Sequence record: OR352938.1
DNA: 64,000 bases
Reading direction: 5' to 3' (one strand)
Source of the DNA: Escherichia phage AV108
The notes below the pieces were generated by a model that saw only the letters and a program-made list of their open reading frames with translations, was not told where the DNA came from and did no database searches. Positions within the stretch are counted from its first letter, which is position 1. Every line of letters begins with the position of its first letter. Below, in pieces: positions 1-9,016 of the stretch. The translations under genes and the position numbers were made by a program.

Positions 1-19
1 AGCCCCCTATGGGGTTATT

Positions 20-1159
20 ATGACACAAGATATAGAATTACGCAATACTGGAATTAGGTTTGCGCATTTCGACGAAGACTCTGCGACATTTACCAGCATT
101 TCAGAAAATAACTCTGTGATGTATAAGCTGGAAGTGCGCGGATCTAATGCGGATTCTACCAAACCAGCAAGGATTAGATTTAATGGAGTGGAGATCGTTG
201 GCACTGGCTATGAAAATGGCCTAAATTTTAAAGTTCTTACTCCAACTGGACAACTACACGAAGAAAAGGTATTCTATGGTCGCGGTGCTGTTTTGGCAAT
301 GCGTGATTATCTTTCTTTGCTGAAAGGTGACTATATCATTGCGATGGCAACGCATGGAGAATTGTTTGCAGATCCGATCAGTGATGGTGTATTCTCTAAG
401 CTGGGATCTGTATCATTCCCGAATCACATTTTGCTACAGCAAATGCCTCGTGTATCATATGCAGCAATTTATTCTACTAAAATGGGTAAAATTGTGTGCG
501 AAGGGATGCAAGCAACTCACGGGGAAGGACAAGATTCATCTATACAAATTGAGAAAGTCTATGATACTATAGATGATCTTGCTATAACAGGAACACCACA
601 ACGATTTTTAGATTATCCGGTTGAGTATGTTAGCGAAGATGCCGAACATTTCGAGCTAATACAATGGCCTCATGATGAGACCAGCGCCCCACTTGAGGAT
701 TTTAACATAAAGGCAGGTGACAAACTATCAATATCCTTTGAATTGTTCCGTGATAGTGCCGCAGCCGCAGCCAACGTAACAGCGCGTTTCTATCACAACT
801 ACTTCACCGATGGACAATATCAAACTGGTGTTCGATACAATGCCAGCAAAAAAGACCAATGGGAAAAGTTTGAAGCCGTCTATACCGTACCGGAAGGAGT
901 TGATAGTGTAGTAACTGGTTGTATCAGATATCCAACCAACTCCAATGAAGGTATTGTTAAAATTAGAAACATACTAATAACGCCGATCAGTGGAGTCGTC
1001 AAAACTACTGGTCCTACTTCATTTGGTGTTAATGGTGTTAGAACAACTCATATTCAGGATAACGGTGATTTTACTAACCCTGTAATGAGTCTTCTTAAAC
1101 TACCCAGAGATAATAAACACATCACATCCAACAACTTTAAAGAGTTCGATGTTGATTAA
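20..1159 (+). CDS. long tail fiber hinge protein (gp35-like)
   Basis: 379-aa ORF directly upstream of gp36/gp37 homologues; size and position match T4 gene 35; no sequence-level confirmation. Confidence 0.5.
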   Translation: MTQDIELRNTGIRFAHFDEDSATFTSISENNSVMYKLEVRGSNADSTKPARIRFNGVEIVGTGYENGLNFKVLTPTGQLHEEKVFYGRGAVLAMRDYLSLLKGDYIIAMATHGELFADPISDGVFSKLGSVSFPNHILLQQMPRVSYAAIYSTKMGKIVCEGMQATHGEGQDSSIQIEKVYDTIDDLAITGTPQRFLDYPVEYVSEDAEHFELIQWPHDETSAPLEDFNIKAGDKLSISFELFRDSAAAAANVTARFYHNYFTDGQYQTGVRYNASKKDQWEKFEAVYTVPEGVDSVVTGCIRYPTNSNEGIVKIRNILITPISGVVKTTGPTSFGVNGVRTTHIQDNGDFTNPVMSLLKLPRDNKHITSNNFKEFDVD

Positions 1160-1170
1160 CATTTTTAACA

Positions 1171-1199
1171 AGCCGATCCATGTGGTCGGCTTTATTTTT
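1171..1199 (+). terminator. intrinsic terminator after gene 35
   Basis: GC hairpin agccgatcc...ggtcggct followed by T-run tttatttttat. Confidence 0.6.
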
Positions 1200-1320
1200 A
1201 TACAGTTGGTTAAATTGTAACCAAAACGAAGAAAGATCTTTAGAATAATAGAAAATTTGTTTCGGTTAAAAAGTAGTCAGTGCCTACGGCACGTCGCGAA
1301 GCGATATTTTGTTAACATTC

Positions 1321-1328
1321 TATAAATA
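1321..1328 (+). promoter_or_regulatory. T4-type late promoter (TATAAATA)
   Basis: Exact TATAAATA about 35 nt upstream of the gene 36 start. Confidence 0.6.
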
Positions 1329-1361
1329 CTCGGAACTATAACTAATTTTTGAGGTTACTTT

Positions 1362-2852
1362 ATGGCAGATTTGAAATATGGATCTACTGTAGGTGGATCT
1401 CCCATTTGGACGCAAGGAAACTTGACGATCCAGCCAGCGGGGGATCAGCTTTTCTACAAAGGTCATAAAATCTATACCGCTTTTGATAGACCTTCGGCTA
1501 CCGATTTTGATGCTGTTAGTGCATCCGAAGGTGGCACATTTCAAAAGCAAGTTCATTTCGAGGAAGGTTTAAGCGTAGGTAGCGCATCGGCTGGAGAAAC
1601 CAAAAAGAATGGTATCTTTAAAGGTCAGAGCGACGCTGCTAATTTTGACGGCGTAAGCTGGGGTTTGCATTCATGGAAGTCAATCGGCTTTGTTAATGCC
1701 CGTGATGGCGTTATTATGGCGTATATTGACACCACAACGGGCGAATTTAAGTCTAAAGGGACTATCGAAGGGACAACCATTAAAGACACAGGTCAACGTG
1801 TCTATAGCCCTGTTAATAAACCAACGAATAATGATTTGGATTTAGTTTCCCGTCGCGGTGATACTCTCTCAGGAACGTATAATTTAAACACTGTCACTGT
1901 TAAACTATCGGTTGATTCGAAATTAATTGCAAGGGAACGTGATTTAATTAATTTTGATGCGACTAAGATCTATTATGGTAACGTTCTTGATACGTTGGTC
2001 TTCCGAAGTAAAGATGAGCCTACCATTTTTGTTAATGGCAGAGAAGGTCGTTTTTATCACACCAACAATAAACCAACTAAAGACGATGTTGGACTAGGCA
2101 ATGTCACCAATGATGCACAGGTTAAACGTGCTGGTGATATTATGGAAGGTAACTTGCAAGCGCCTAGAATGTTGGCGACAAACGATCCCGCTGGTCCTAA
2201 TGAATTGGTTCGTTTGAGCTACTTTGAGAAAAAATCAATGGTGGCAAATCCAACCATCATTGGAAATGTTGATTGGAACACTCTTATTAATCGCGGTATC
2301 TATCGTGTGGAAAATGCTGGGTCTGGTACTAATAAACCGTCTGATAGCTATTATAACGGCGTTTTGATGGTATATCGCCCAGAAGATGCGGTCGGTACTC
2401 GTCGAATTGTTCAGGTGTATTATCCTGAATCTATTGACCATCCTATGTGCTGGCGTTCGTGTTCTAATGAATCCTGGACTGCATGGAACTATGTAGATCA
2501 CCGTAAATTAGCCGATATTCGCTATGTTAACGTAACTGGCGATACCATGACAGGACCGTTAACTGTTCCGGCTGCAAATGGCGTTAGAACAGCTAAAACT
2601 AACTATAACGGGGATAACTGTTATGCGGCGTTAAGCGGTGCTGATGGTACTGCTATGATTCACCGCATTAGTGATATTAAAGGGACCGAAAAGCTGGGGA
2701 TCACCCACGACTCAAAGGTCGTGTTTTTCCGTTCTAGAAACAATACTCAAACCGTGGACCGCTATCAGCTTTATCATGAAGGTAATAAACCTACTCCGGC
2801 TGATGTTGGAGCGGTTCCACTTAATGCGGTGATTGATTTTGGTACTTTCTAA
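1362..2852 (+). CDS. 36: long tail fiber distal subunit gp36 (enlarged, 496 aa)
   Basis: N-terminus MADLKYGSTVGGSPIWTQGN resembles T4 gp36 start; position between gene 35 and gene 37. Confidence 0.75.
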   Translation: MADLKYGSTVGGSPIWTQGNLTIQPAGDQLFYKGHKIYTAFDRPSATDFDAVSASEGGTFQKQVHFEEGLSVGSASAGETKKNGIFKGQSDAANFDGVSWGLHSWKSIGFVNARDGVIMAYIDTTTGEFKSKGTIEGTTIKDTGQRVYSPVNKPTNNDLDLVSRRGDTLSGTYNLNTVTVKLSVDSKLIARERDLINFDATKIYYGNVLDTLVFRSKDEPTIFVNGREGRFYHTNNKPTKDDVGLGNVTNDAQVKRAGDIMEGNLQAPRMLATNDPAGPNELVRLSYFEKKSMVANPTIIGNVDWNTLINRGIYRVENAGSGTNKPSDSYYNGVLMVYRPEDAVGTRRIVQVYYPESIDHPMCWRSCSNESWTAWNYVDHRKLADIRYVNVTGDTMTGPLTVPAANGVRTAKTNYNGDNCYAALSGADGTAMIHRISDIKGTEKLGITHDSKVVFFRSRNNTQTVDRYQLYHEGNKPTPADVGAVPLNAVIDFGTF

Positions 2853-2857
2853 TTTTA

Positions 2858-2882
2858 GCGGGGATTATCTCCCCGCTTTTCT
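2858..2882 (+). terminator. intrinsic terminator or attenuator between genes 36 and 37
   Basis: Hairpin gcggggattatctccccgc followed by ttttct. Confidence 0.55.
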
Positions 2883-2922
2883 AAATAATATTATTCTAAT
2901 AACCGTTTAAGGATTTTATAAA

Positions 2923-5844
2923 ATGGCAGATTTAAGCAGAATCCAATTTAAACGCACTAGCACTAAAGGTCGTAAACCGGATGCTAGTACGATGAATCCG
3001 GGGGAATTGGCAATCAACCTTGCGGATCAATATCTTCTTACTAAAAATGATTCCGGTGATATTATCAATTTAAGTTGTCCTCCGGTGTATGACCGCGATG
3101 TTACAATGGCGGGTAAGGTTAAAGGTAATAATTATATCTTAAGTAAAACCGCTAACTATCTGGAAGATCAGACAGCGAGAGATCTTAACTACTTTGGCGC
3201 TTTCCGTACCAATGGTCTTGATGGTCTTCTCGAACTCACGCTAAACGTTCCTCACTCTTACGGCGTCCAACATGGTCGAGGATTTACTTTCCAATATGGG
3301 CACACTGGATCGCGTGTAGAAACTTATGGATACAATAAAGAAGGTCAAAAAGCATTTAGCTATAAAATGTATCACGAAGGTGATAAACCTACTCCCTCAG
3401 AATTGAACGTTTATAGCAAACAAGAAATTGACAGAATGTTTATTAAAAACGTTAAAATGTCTGTTCCTTCCGGTGACGCAACTCGTGGTTACTTTAAGAT
3501 CGCGACCGCAATGATTCCTCAGAATAATGGTCGAATGGCATTTTTACGGATTTACGGCGGAAACGGATATAATGTTAACTCCTACGATCAGGTGGAGTTC
3601 CTTGAAATTGTGATTCGTGGTGGTAATAATAACCCTAAAGGTGTTAGTATTGCTGCATATCGTCGTAATTCTTTGAACGTCCATGAAGTATTTGCAATTA
3701 ATACTTCCGGTGATAACTATGACATTTATGTTAACTATGGTCGTTACACCGATAACGTTATTGTAGAGTTTGGAAAAACTGTTGATGTTGCATTGACTGT
3801 TCACGATGTTCCTGAATTTTCGGCGACTAAACCCGCAACCGGAACTAAATTTGATGCTCGTGTTATTACGATGTTCAACACCGAAAACAAAGCCGGAACG
3901 TTGATGTTTGATAATAACGGTCAAGGAACATATGATATTATCAGCTTGAATAACTCGACTGATATCAATAAAAAATATCTTCGTAAGTTTCGTAGCAAAT
4001 CCACAGAAACAATATGGCATGAGGTTGTCGAGGGTAGCGTATATCGTTTAGCTACTGGCGTTACTGATCAGTCAGACCAACTAAAAATTGATTTTAATGG
4101 GGTTACTGTAAATCGTCTTTTCGTTAAGGGAAATAATGCTATCAGAATGGAGCGTAGAGACGGACAAAGTAATTACCTAGAATTTTATGATTATCGTTCC
4201 GGTGCTAACCGCCGTCAAGGTTATCTAGGGTATGGTGACGGTACTACTAACACCGTACAGTTAGTAAATGAATTAACGGAAGGTAATAACTCATTAAGAC
4301 TGGATGATACTGGTCAGGTTACGTTGTCTGTAGGCAAAACAAAAATTGTATATACCAACGGACAATATTATTCCGCTAACTCTGATGCATATCGTATGAT
4401 CTATGGCAATTACGGTGCATTCTGGCGCAATGACGGGACTAAAGTTTATCTTCTTTCCACCGAAGAAAATGACCATTTTGGTGGATGGAACGGCAACCGA
4501 CCATTCATTTACGATTTGACGACTGGTAAAGTTACTTTAGGTGGTGACGGTAACGAAGGTGCATTAGTTCTTGAAAGAGATAGCCGTGCTGCTAGATTTG
4601 CTGGCGACATTTACGTTGGCAAAGGGATGTTAACATTTGATGCCGGACGATTAAATTCTCGTGATTACTTCCGGTTTAACCATTGGGGCGATAGCAATAA
4701 CGCTCGTGATAACATCTTACAGCTTGACGATAGCAAAGGCGCACACTTCACCACTGAACGTACTTTAGCAACTGGTGCAATTAAAACTAAATTCTTCGGT
4801 GATTTGGAATCTGCTGGTCAAATTAAATGGGGTAAAGGGACCGCCACATCTACGTTTACTCTACGTGTATGGGGTAACGATAGTCGTAAACAAATATTTG
4901 AATGCGGCGATGAAAGCGGGTGGCATTGGTATACCCAACGAGCGGGGGGTCCTGGTACAAATGATATTATATTCAATGTTAACGGGAAATTTCAATCTCA
5001 GGGTTTTGAGACTTCCGGTAATATTAAGATAACTGGTCCAGACCTTGAGTTTCGTCGCACTGGTAATAAGCATATCTGGTTTAGAGATCCAAACGGCTTA
5101 GAGTTAGGCGTGATGTACTGCGATGATGCTGGTGCTATTCGCTTCCGTGGTCAGAAACAAGCCCAGTCGTGGAAATTTGCAGATAAAATGATCCAGTTGG
5201 AATCTGGTACTGTATCCGGTGGCGGTAATGGCCTGATTCGTGGTGAAGTTGCTGGCGGTAGTTGGGCTAGCTGGCGTGACCGTGCTGCTGGCCTTATGGT
5301 TGGGTGTCCTCAATCAACCAATTCCGCTCATAACATCTGGAAAGCTACTCATTGGGGTAAATATCACATCGCAGCAATGGGTGTACACGTTCCTAGCGGT
5401 ACTATCGGTAATGCTATAGCTCGCCTAAACGTTCATGACGCCAACTTTGACTTTAGCGCCTCCGGTGACATGTCGGCAGGGCGTAACGGTTCGTTTAACG
5501 ATGTGTACATTCGTTCTGATGCTCGCCTGAAAATCAATAAGGAAGAGTATAAAGAGAATGCCACCGATAAAGTTAATCGCTTGACGGTATACACCTATGA
5601 CAAGGTTAAATCTTTAACCGACCGTACTGTCATTGCTCATGAAGTTGGTATTATTGCTCAGGATCTTGAAAAAGAATTGCCGGAAGCCGTAACAACTTCT
5701 AAGATCGGAGATCCAGATAATCCAGAAGAGATCTTAACAATTTCTAACTCTGCTGTCAACGCTCTTTTAATTAAGGCGTTTCAGGAAATGAGCGAAGAAT
5801 TGAAAGCCGTTAAAGCTGAACTAGCGGAACTTAAAAAGAATTAA
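2923..5844 (+). CDS. 37: long tail fiber large distal subunit gp37 with C-terminal intramolecular chaperone domain
   Basis: 973 aa; N-terminus IQFKRTSTKGRKPDAS...GELAINL resembles T4 gp37; C-terminus SDARLKINKEE...GIIAQDLEKEL...coiled coil resembles S74-type self-cleaving chaperone. Confidence 0.85.
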   Translation: MADLSRIQFKRTSTKGRKPDASTMNPGELAINLADQYLLTKNDSGDIINLSCPPVYDRDVTMAGKVKGNNYILSKTANYLEDQTARDLNYFGAFRTNGLDGLLELTLNVPHSYGVQHGRGFTFQYGHTGSRVETYGYNKEGQKAFSYKMYHEGDKPTPSELNVYSKQEIDRMFIKNVKMSVPSGDATRGYFKIATAMIPQNNGRMAFLRIYGGNGYNVNSYDQVEFLEIVIRGGNNNPKGVSIAAYRRNSLNVHEVFAINTSGDNYDIYVNYGRYTDNVIVEFGKTVDVALTVHDVPEFSATKPATGTKFDARVITMFNTENKAGTLMFDNNGQGTYDIISLNNSTDINKKYLRKFRSKSTETIWHEVVEGSVYRLATGVTDQSDQLKIDFNGVTVNRLFVKGNNAIRMERRDGQSNYLEFYDYRSGANRRQGYLGYGDGTTNTVQLVNELTEGNNSLRLDDTGQVTLSVGKTKIVYTNGQYYSANSDAYRMIYGNYGAFWRNDGTKVYLLSTEENDHFGGWNGNRPFIYDLTTGKVTLGGDGNEGALVLERDSRAARFAGDIYVGKGMLTFDAGRLNSRDYFRFNHWGDSNNARDNILQLDDSKGAHFTTERTLATGAIKTKFFGDLESAGQIKWGKGTATSTFTLRVWGNDSRKQIFECGDESGWHWYTQRAGGPGTNDIIFNVNGKFQSQGFETSGNIKITGPDLEFRRTGNKHIWFRDPNGLELGVMYCDDAGAIRFRGQKQAQSWKFADKMIQLESGTVSGGGNGLIRGEVAGGSWASWRDRAAGLMVGCPQSTNSAHNIWKATHWGKYHIAAMGVHVPSGTIGNAIARLNVHDANFDFSASGDMSAGRNGSFNDVYIRSDARLKINKEEYKENATDKVNRLTVYTYDKVKSLTDRTVIAHEVGIIAQDLEKELPEAVTTSKIGDPDNPEEILTISNSAVNALLIKAFQEMSEELKAVKAELAELKKN

Positions 5845-5885
5845 GGAAAATCCCAGGGAAGGGAAACTACTAAGGAGAAACGGCT

Positions 5886-6125
5886 ATGGTCTATAATATC
5901 GTCATTGGTGCTTTGTCTAGTTTCGGAATGAAACTATTATCAAAGTTAATTAGTGAAAAGATGCTCACTAAAATTTTCTTCTATTGCGCTCGTCGTCTTG
6001 CGGCCTATACCAATACGCCAATTGATGATCGTTTCGTGGAAGAACTTTATAAGGAGTTTAATAAAGATCAGTCAGAAGATAGTAACGAGCAAGATAAACC
6101 TAGTGATAGTCAAGTACCTAAATAA
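5886..6125 (+). CDS. hypothetical small protein in the position normally held by gp38
   Basis: 79-aa ORF with hydrophobic N-terminus and acidic C-terminus; no similarity to gp38 seen. Confidence 0.3.
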   Translation: MVYNIVIGALSSFGMKLLSKLISEKMLTKIFFYCARRLAAYTNTPIDDRFVEELYKEFNKDQSEDSNEQDKPSDSQVPK

Positions 6126-6158
6126 GAGTACACTGTCATAGTTATCTTAGGGCATTAT

Positions 6159-6815
6159 ATGCAAGTTTCTGAAAAAGGGAAAGACTTTGCTATCTCAAAT
6201 GTCCTGCGCGCTATTTTCACAACTAAAAGCACGGAGTTGCTCGTACTTCGTGTTTTTGCTGCCGTCGTGTTGTCCATATTGGCATTTGTCGTTTATAGTA
6301 AAAACGAGTTATTTGCGCTTTATAAAGAGACTCGTTATGAGACTTATGCTCACATTCTCCAGGTAGAGAAAGACCGCAATTTTGATAATGCAGCACAGGA
6401 GCAGTTACAGATAGTTCATGTGTCGGCTGATGCCGATTTTTCTGCTGTTTTTAGTTTTCGTCCGAAAAACCTAAACTATTTTGTTGATTTGGTGGCATAT
6501 GAAGGAAAGCTACCGCATACAATCGATGAAAAAAATTTAGGCGGATTCCCTATCAATAAAACGAGTGAAGAATATCGTAGGCATCTTTTAGGTAAATCAT
6601 ATTTTACCGATAAAGATTTCCAGTATATTCCATCAAGAGAAAAGAAATTAGAGAATATCGATATAGGTTTCATGTATTCTTGTCCTATATTCAATCTCGA
6701 TAATGTCTATTCTGGTAGTATCGCCATTTCATGGAAGAATAAACCGGATATTGACATTGAGAATTTAGATACTCTTTGCAATCAATCTGCCAGAATCCTC
6801 GGAAGGATTAGATAA
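6159..6815 (+). CDS. t: holin T
   Basis: 218 aa, single N-terminal TM; strong match to T4 holin (LEQLQIVHVSADADFSAVFSFRPKNLNYFVDLVAYEGKLP). Confidence 0.9.
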   Translation: MQVSEKGKDFAISNVLRAIFTTKSTELLVLRVFAAVVLSILAFVVYSKNELFALYKETRYETYAHILQVEKDRNFDNAAQEQLQIVHVSADADFSAVFSFRPKNLNYFVDLVAYEGKLPHTIDEKNLGGFPINKTSEEYRRHLLGKSYFTDKDFQYIPSREKKLENIDIGFMYSCPIFNLDNVYSGSIAISWKNKPDIDIENLDTLCNQSARILGRIR

Positions 6816-6820
6816 CTTAA

Positions 6821-6850
6821 AGGGGAAGCCTTTCGGCCTCCCCTTCTTTT
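6821..6850. terminator. hairpin terminator between convergent t and leftward genes
   Basis: Inverted repeat aggggaagcc-tttc-ggcctcccct followed by T-run. Confidence 0.55.
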
Positions 6851-7098
6851 TATTGGCGCATAGACGCGCCTGAATCGCATTTTGACGCTGTATGATGAAA
6901 ACAGGTAGCGTACCAGTCATCGGCTTGTTTGTCTTCGTCAGAAAACGCGTAATTGCGTTGTATGCCGTTTTCTACTTTGACCAGTGCAATAGCTGTTTCT
7001 GGAAGATCAATCAATCGGACAAAATCGCCATCTTCCCATTCTACACGAGCAATATCATAACCCATCTCAAAATAAACAATCGCTTGCTCTAATCTCAT
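6850..7098 (-). CDS. hypothetical protein (DUF2829-like small phage protein)
   Basis: 82-aa ORF; GYDIARVEWEDGDF...ADDWY pattern resembles a small conserved phage domain; weak. Confidence 0.35.
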   Translation of the reverse strand: MRLEQAIVYFEMGYDIARVEWEDGDFVRLIDLPETAIALVKVENGIQRNYAFSDEDKQADDWYATCFHHTASKCDSGASMRQ

Positions 7099-7445
7099 TC
7101 TGGAAACTTCCCGTAAACATTCTCTGCCAACTTACGTGCATCGCTAATAATATCTTTCATGTGATGGTCGTATTGCTTTGCCATAATAAGAATACAATCA
7201 ATGAAGAATGAATAACGTCTAGAATTTACTAAAAAGTTTTTACCTAGTGAATCAAACGGATCTGGATCATCAAGTTCGATAGATTCTCTAACTTTAGACA
7301 ATTCTTTCATTACAAGGTTTACATCGTTTATAATATCTTTTGATTTATATGCGCCTTTCTTTAACAATATGGCGGTCAATTCTGACGCAGTTTCTTGAAA
7401 TTCTTTCTGATAAGCTGAGTTTACATCATCATCGATATTAAACAT
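7095..7445 (-). CDS. hypothetical protein, paralogue of 7455-7787
   Basis: 116 aa; shares MFNxD start and ENVYGKF/ENIYGNI C-terminus with the neighbouring ORF. Confidence 0.45.
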   Translation of the reverse strand: MFNIDDDVNSAYQKEFQETASELTAILLKKGAYKSKDIINDVNLVMKELSKVRESIELDDPDPFDSLGKNFLVNSRRYSFFIDCILIMAKQYDHHMKDIISDARKLAENVYGKFPE

Positions 7446-7454
7446 AATCGCCTC

Positions 7455-7787
7455 TCAAATATTGCCGTAAATGTTTTCAGTCATGGTTCTTGCTTCTTCC
7501 AGCATTTTGGTCATGCTCATGGTGTAGTTGTTATCTCGTACAGACTTAATAACGACAAGCAAGGAATCTAGGAAAACTTTATATACTCTCCATTTTACGC
7601 TATTGTTGAATAGTTTTATATCTTCTACTTTATCGATCAGATAACCTAAAACAGATAGCGCCTCGTTCACTTCTTCCGTTACTTTACTGCCACTAAACCA
7701 GATGGGGTAAAGCTGGATTGACAGCGACCGTGCTGCCTCTTTCAGTTCGGTCGCCTTCCATGATTCATATTGATCAAAGTTAAACAT
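7455..7787 (-). CDS. hypothetical protein, paralogue of 7095-7445
   Basis: 110 aa; tandem with a similar neighbour. Confidence 0.45.
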   Translation of the reverse strand: MFNFDQYESWKATELKEAARSLSIQLYPIWFSGSKVTEEVNEALSVLGYLIDKVEDIKLFNNSVKWRVYKVFLDSLLVVIKSVRDNNYTMSMTKMLEEARTMTENIYGNI

Positions 7788-7799
7788 TATAGAATACCA

Positions 7800-8132
7800 T
7801 TACAGATGAAAACCTGTTACGATCACCGCATCGATCATACCGCTAGGAATAAACGGTTCGCCCTCTTTTATTTCAACTTTGAATTGATGCCATTTCGCTA
7901 ATACTTCTTCCGGTACACCCAGCGATTTGGCGTCTGCTTTAGTTTCATCCATAATCCAACTAGGCTGCATGAGAGCATAGTTTACATAGTCCATTTCTGG
8001 GGTCATGTCATCAATGTTAATATATTTGCAGTTGACGCGTTTCAGAATTTCAAATTCTTTATTGTCAACCTGTACCATGTATAATTCAGTAGTTTCTGGA
8101 ATCAGTTCCCACACAATCAGTACATTTTTCAT
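7800..8132 (-). CDS. hypothetical protein
   Basis: 110-aa ORF in compact leftward early array; no motif recognised. Confidence 0.4.
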   Translation of the reverse strand: MKNVLIVWELIPETTELYMVQVDNKEFEILKRVNCKYINIDDMTPEMDYVNYALMQPSWIMDETKADAKSLGVPEEVLAKWHQFKVEIKEGEPFIPSGMIDAVIVTGFHL

Positions 8133-8140
8133 AGTTCACC

Positions 8141-8509
8141 TCACTTAACAAAGATTTTCTTTAATGCTTTCAGGATCGTTGCTTCCGGCGCTTCTTCCGG
8201 TGGAGGAAGCAATTCTACCACTTCCTCTTCCAACTCGATATAGTCTACCAGATATTCTACATAGAATGCAAGTGCTTCCATGAAATTAGATGCTACATCC
8301 GATTCACCACAAGCGCCTACATGCATTGTATAAACATCACTGCGATCAAGTTTGTGGATGCTTCCCAGATAGTTTCGGTTATACCAAACTTCCCACACTT
8401 TCAGCTTTCCGGTTTTAGTCGCTGTTTTATAATCGGTTTCGTAATGATGCAATTGACGTTGCAGATCATTGATAATAACACATTTTTCGTAATTGTTTTG
8501 AATTTCCAT
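8141..8509 (-). CDS. hypothetical protein
   Basis: 122-aa ORF in compact leftward array; acidic C-terminus. Confidence 0.4.
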   Translation of the reverse strand: MEIQNNYEKCVIINDLQRQLHHYETDYKTATKTGKLKVWEVWYNRNYLGSIHKLDRSDVYTMHVGACGESDVASNFMEALAFYVEYLVDYIELEEEVVELLPPPEEAPEATILKALKKIFVK

Positions 8510-8519
8510 GATGTAATCC

Positions 8520-8711
8520 TCACTTATCGTTAAGAAGTTCTAAAACCTTCTGTCGTACTTTATCAATATTAGTTGATTCAAAAACTGTACGGTATCCCCA
8601 GCTTTGACCGTATGAGCGCGAGCAATCCCCATATCCCCATTGTTCAACCTGATAATATTCAAGGAATGGATGTTGTCGAACTATGATACCATCGCGATTA
8701 AAAATTACCAT
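8520..8711 (-). CDS. hypothetical protein
   Basis: 63-aa ORF with GAGG-type RBS upstream. Confidence 0.35.
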   Translation of the reverse strand: MVIFNRDGIIVRQHPFLEYYQVEQWGYGDCSRSYGQSWGYRTVFESTNIDKVRQKVLELLNDK

Positions 8712-8734
8712 GATATAATCCTCACGTCAACAAC

Positions 8735-9016
8735 TTATTTTCTGTTGTACTTCTGCCACTTTCTGTAATACTGCTTGTAAAATTGTTTAATGTTTGGTGG
8801 TTCGTCACTATACATGTTATCAACCATCATGTCAATAAGACCTTCCGGTGTTTGATAGTTACCCGCTCGAATGAGTTCCTTAATCAAAAGATCTTGTGCC
8901 GCTTTATACTTGACAATAACAACTGTCTTTTCTGCCTTTCCAATTCCGATCCGGTCGTTAGCTCTCATAGCATCCCACCAATCTTTTTTAAACTTCATGT
9001 TGTTAAATTTCATCAT
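8735..9016 (-). CDS. hypothetical protein
   Basis: 93-aa ORF in compact leftward array. Confidence 0.4.
   Translation of the reverse strand: MMKFNNMKFKKDWWDAMRANDRIGIGKAEKTVVIVKYKAAQDLLIKELIRAGNYQTPEGLIDMMVDNMYSDEPPNIKQFYKQYYRKWQKYNRK

Noticed and set aside
3544-4020. Leftward ORFs inside gene 37 (3544-4020, 4294-4476, 4861-5073, 5104-5313)
   Set aside because: Fully embedded in the strongly supported gp37 reading frame on the opposite strand
8725-8730. TTGACG hexamer resembling a -35 just upstream of the 8520-8711 ORF
   Set aside because: A -10 at the correct spacing would fall within the RBS and start of the gene, so a transcript from it could not encode that gene; probably fortuitous
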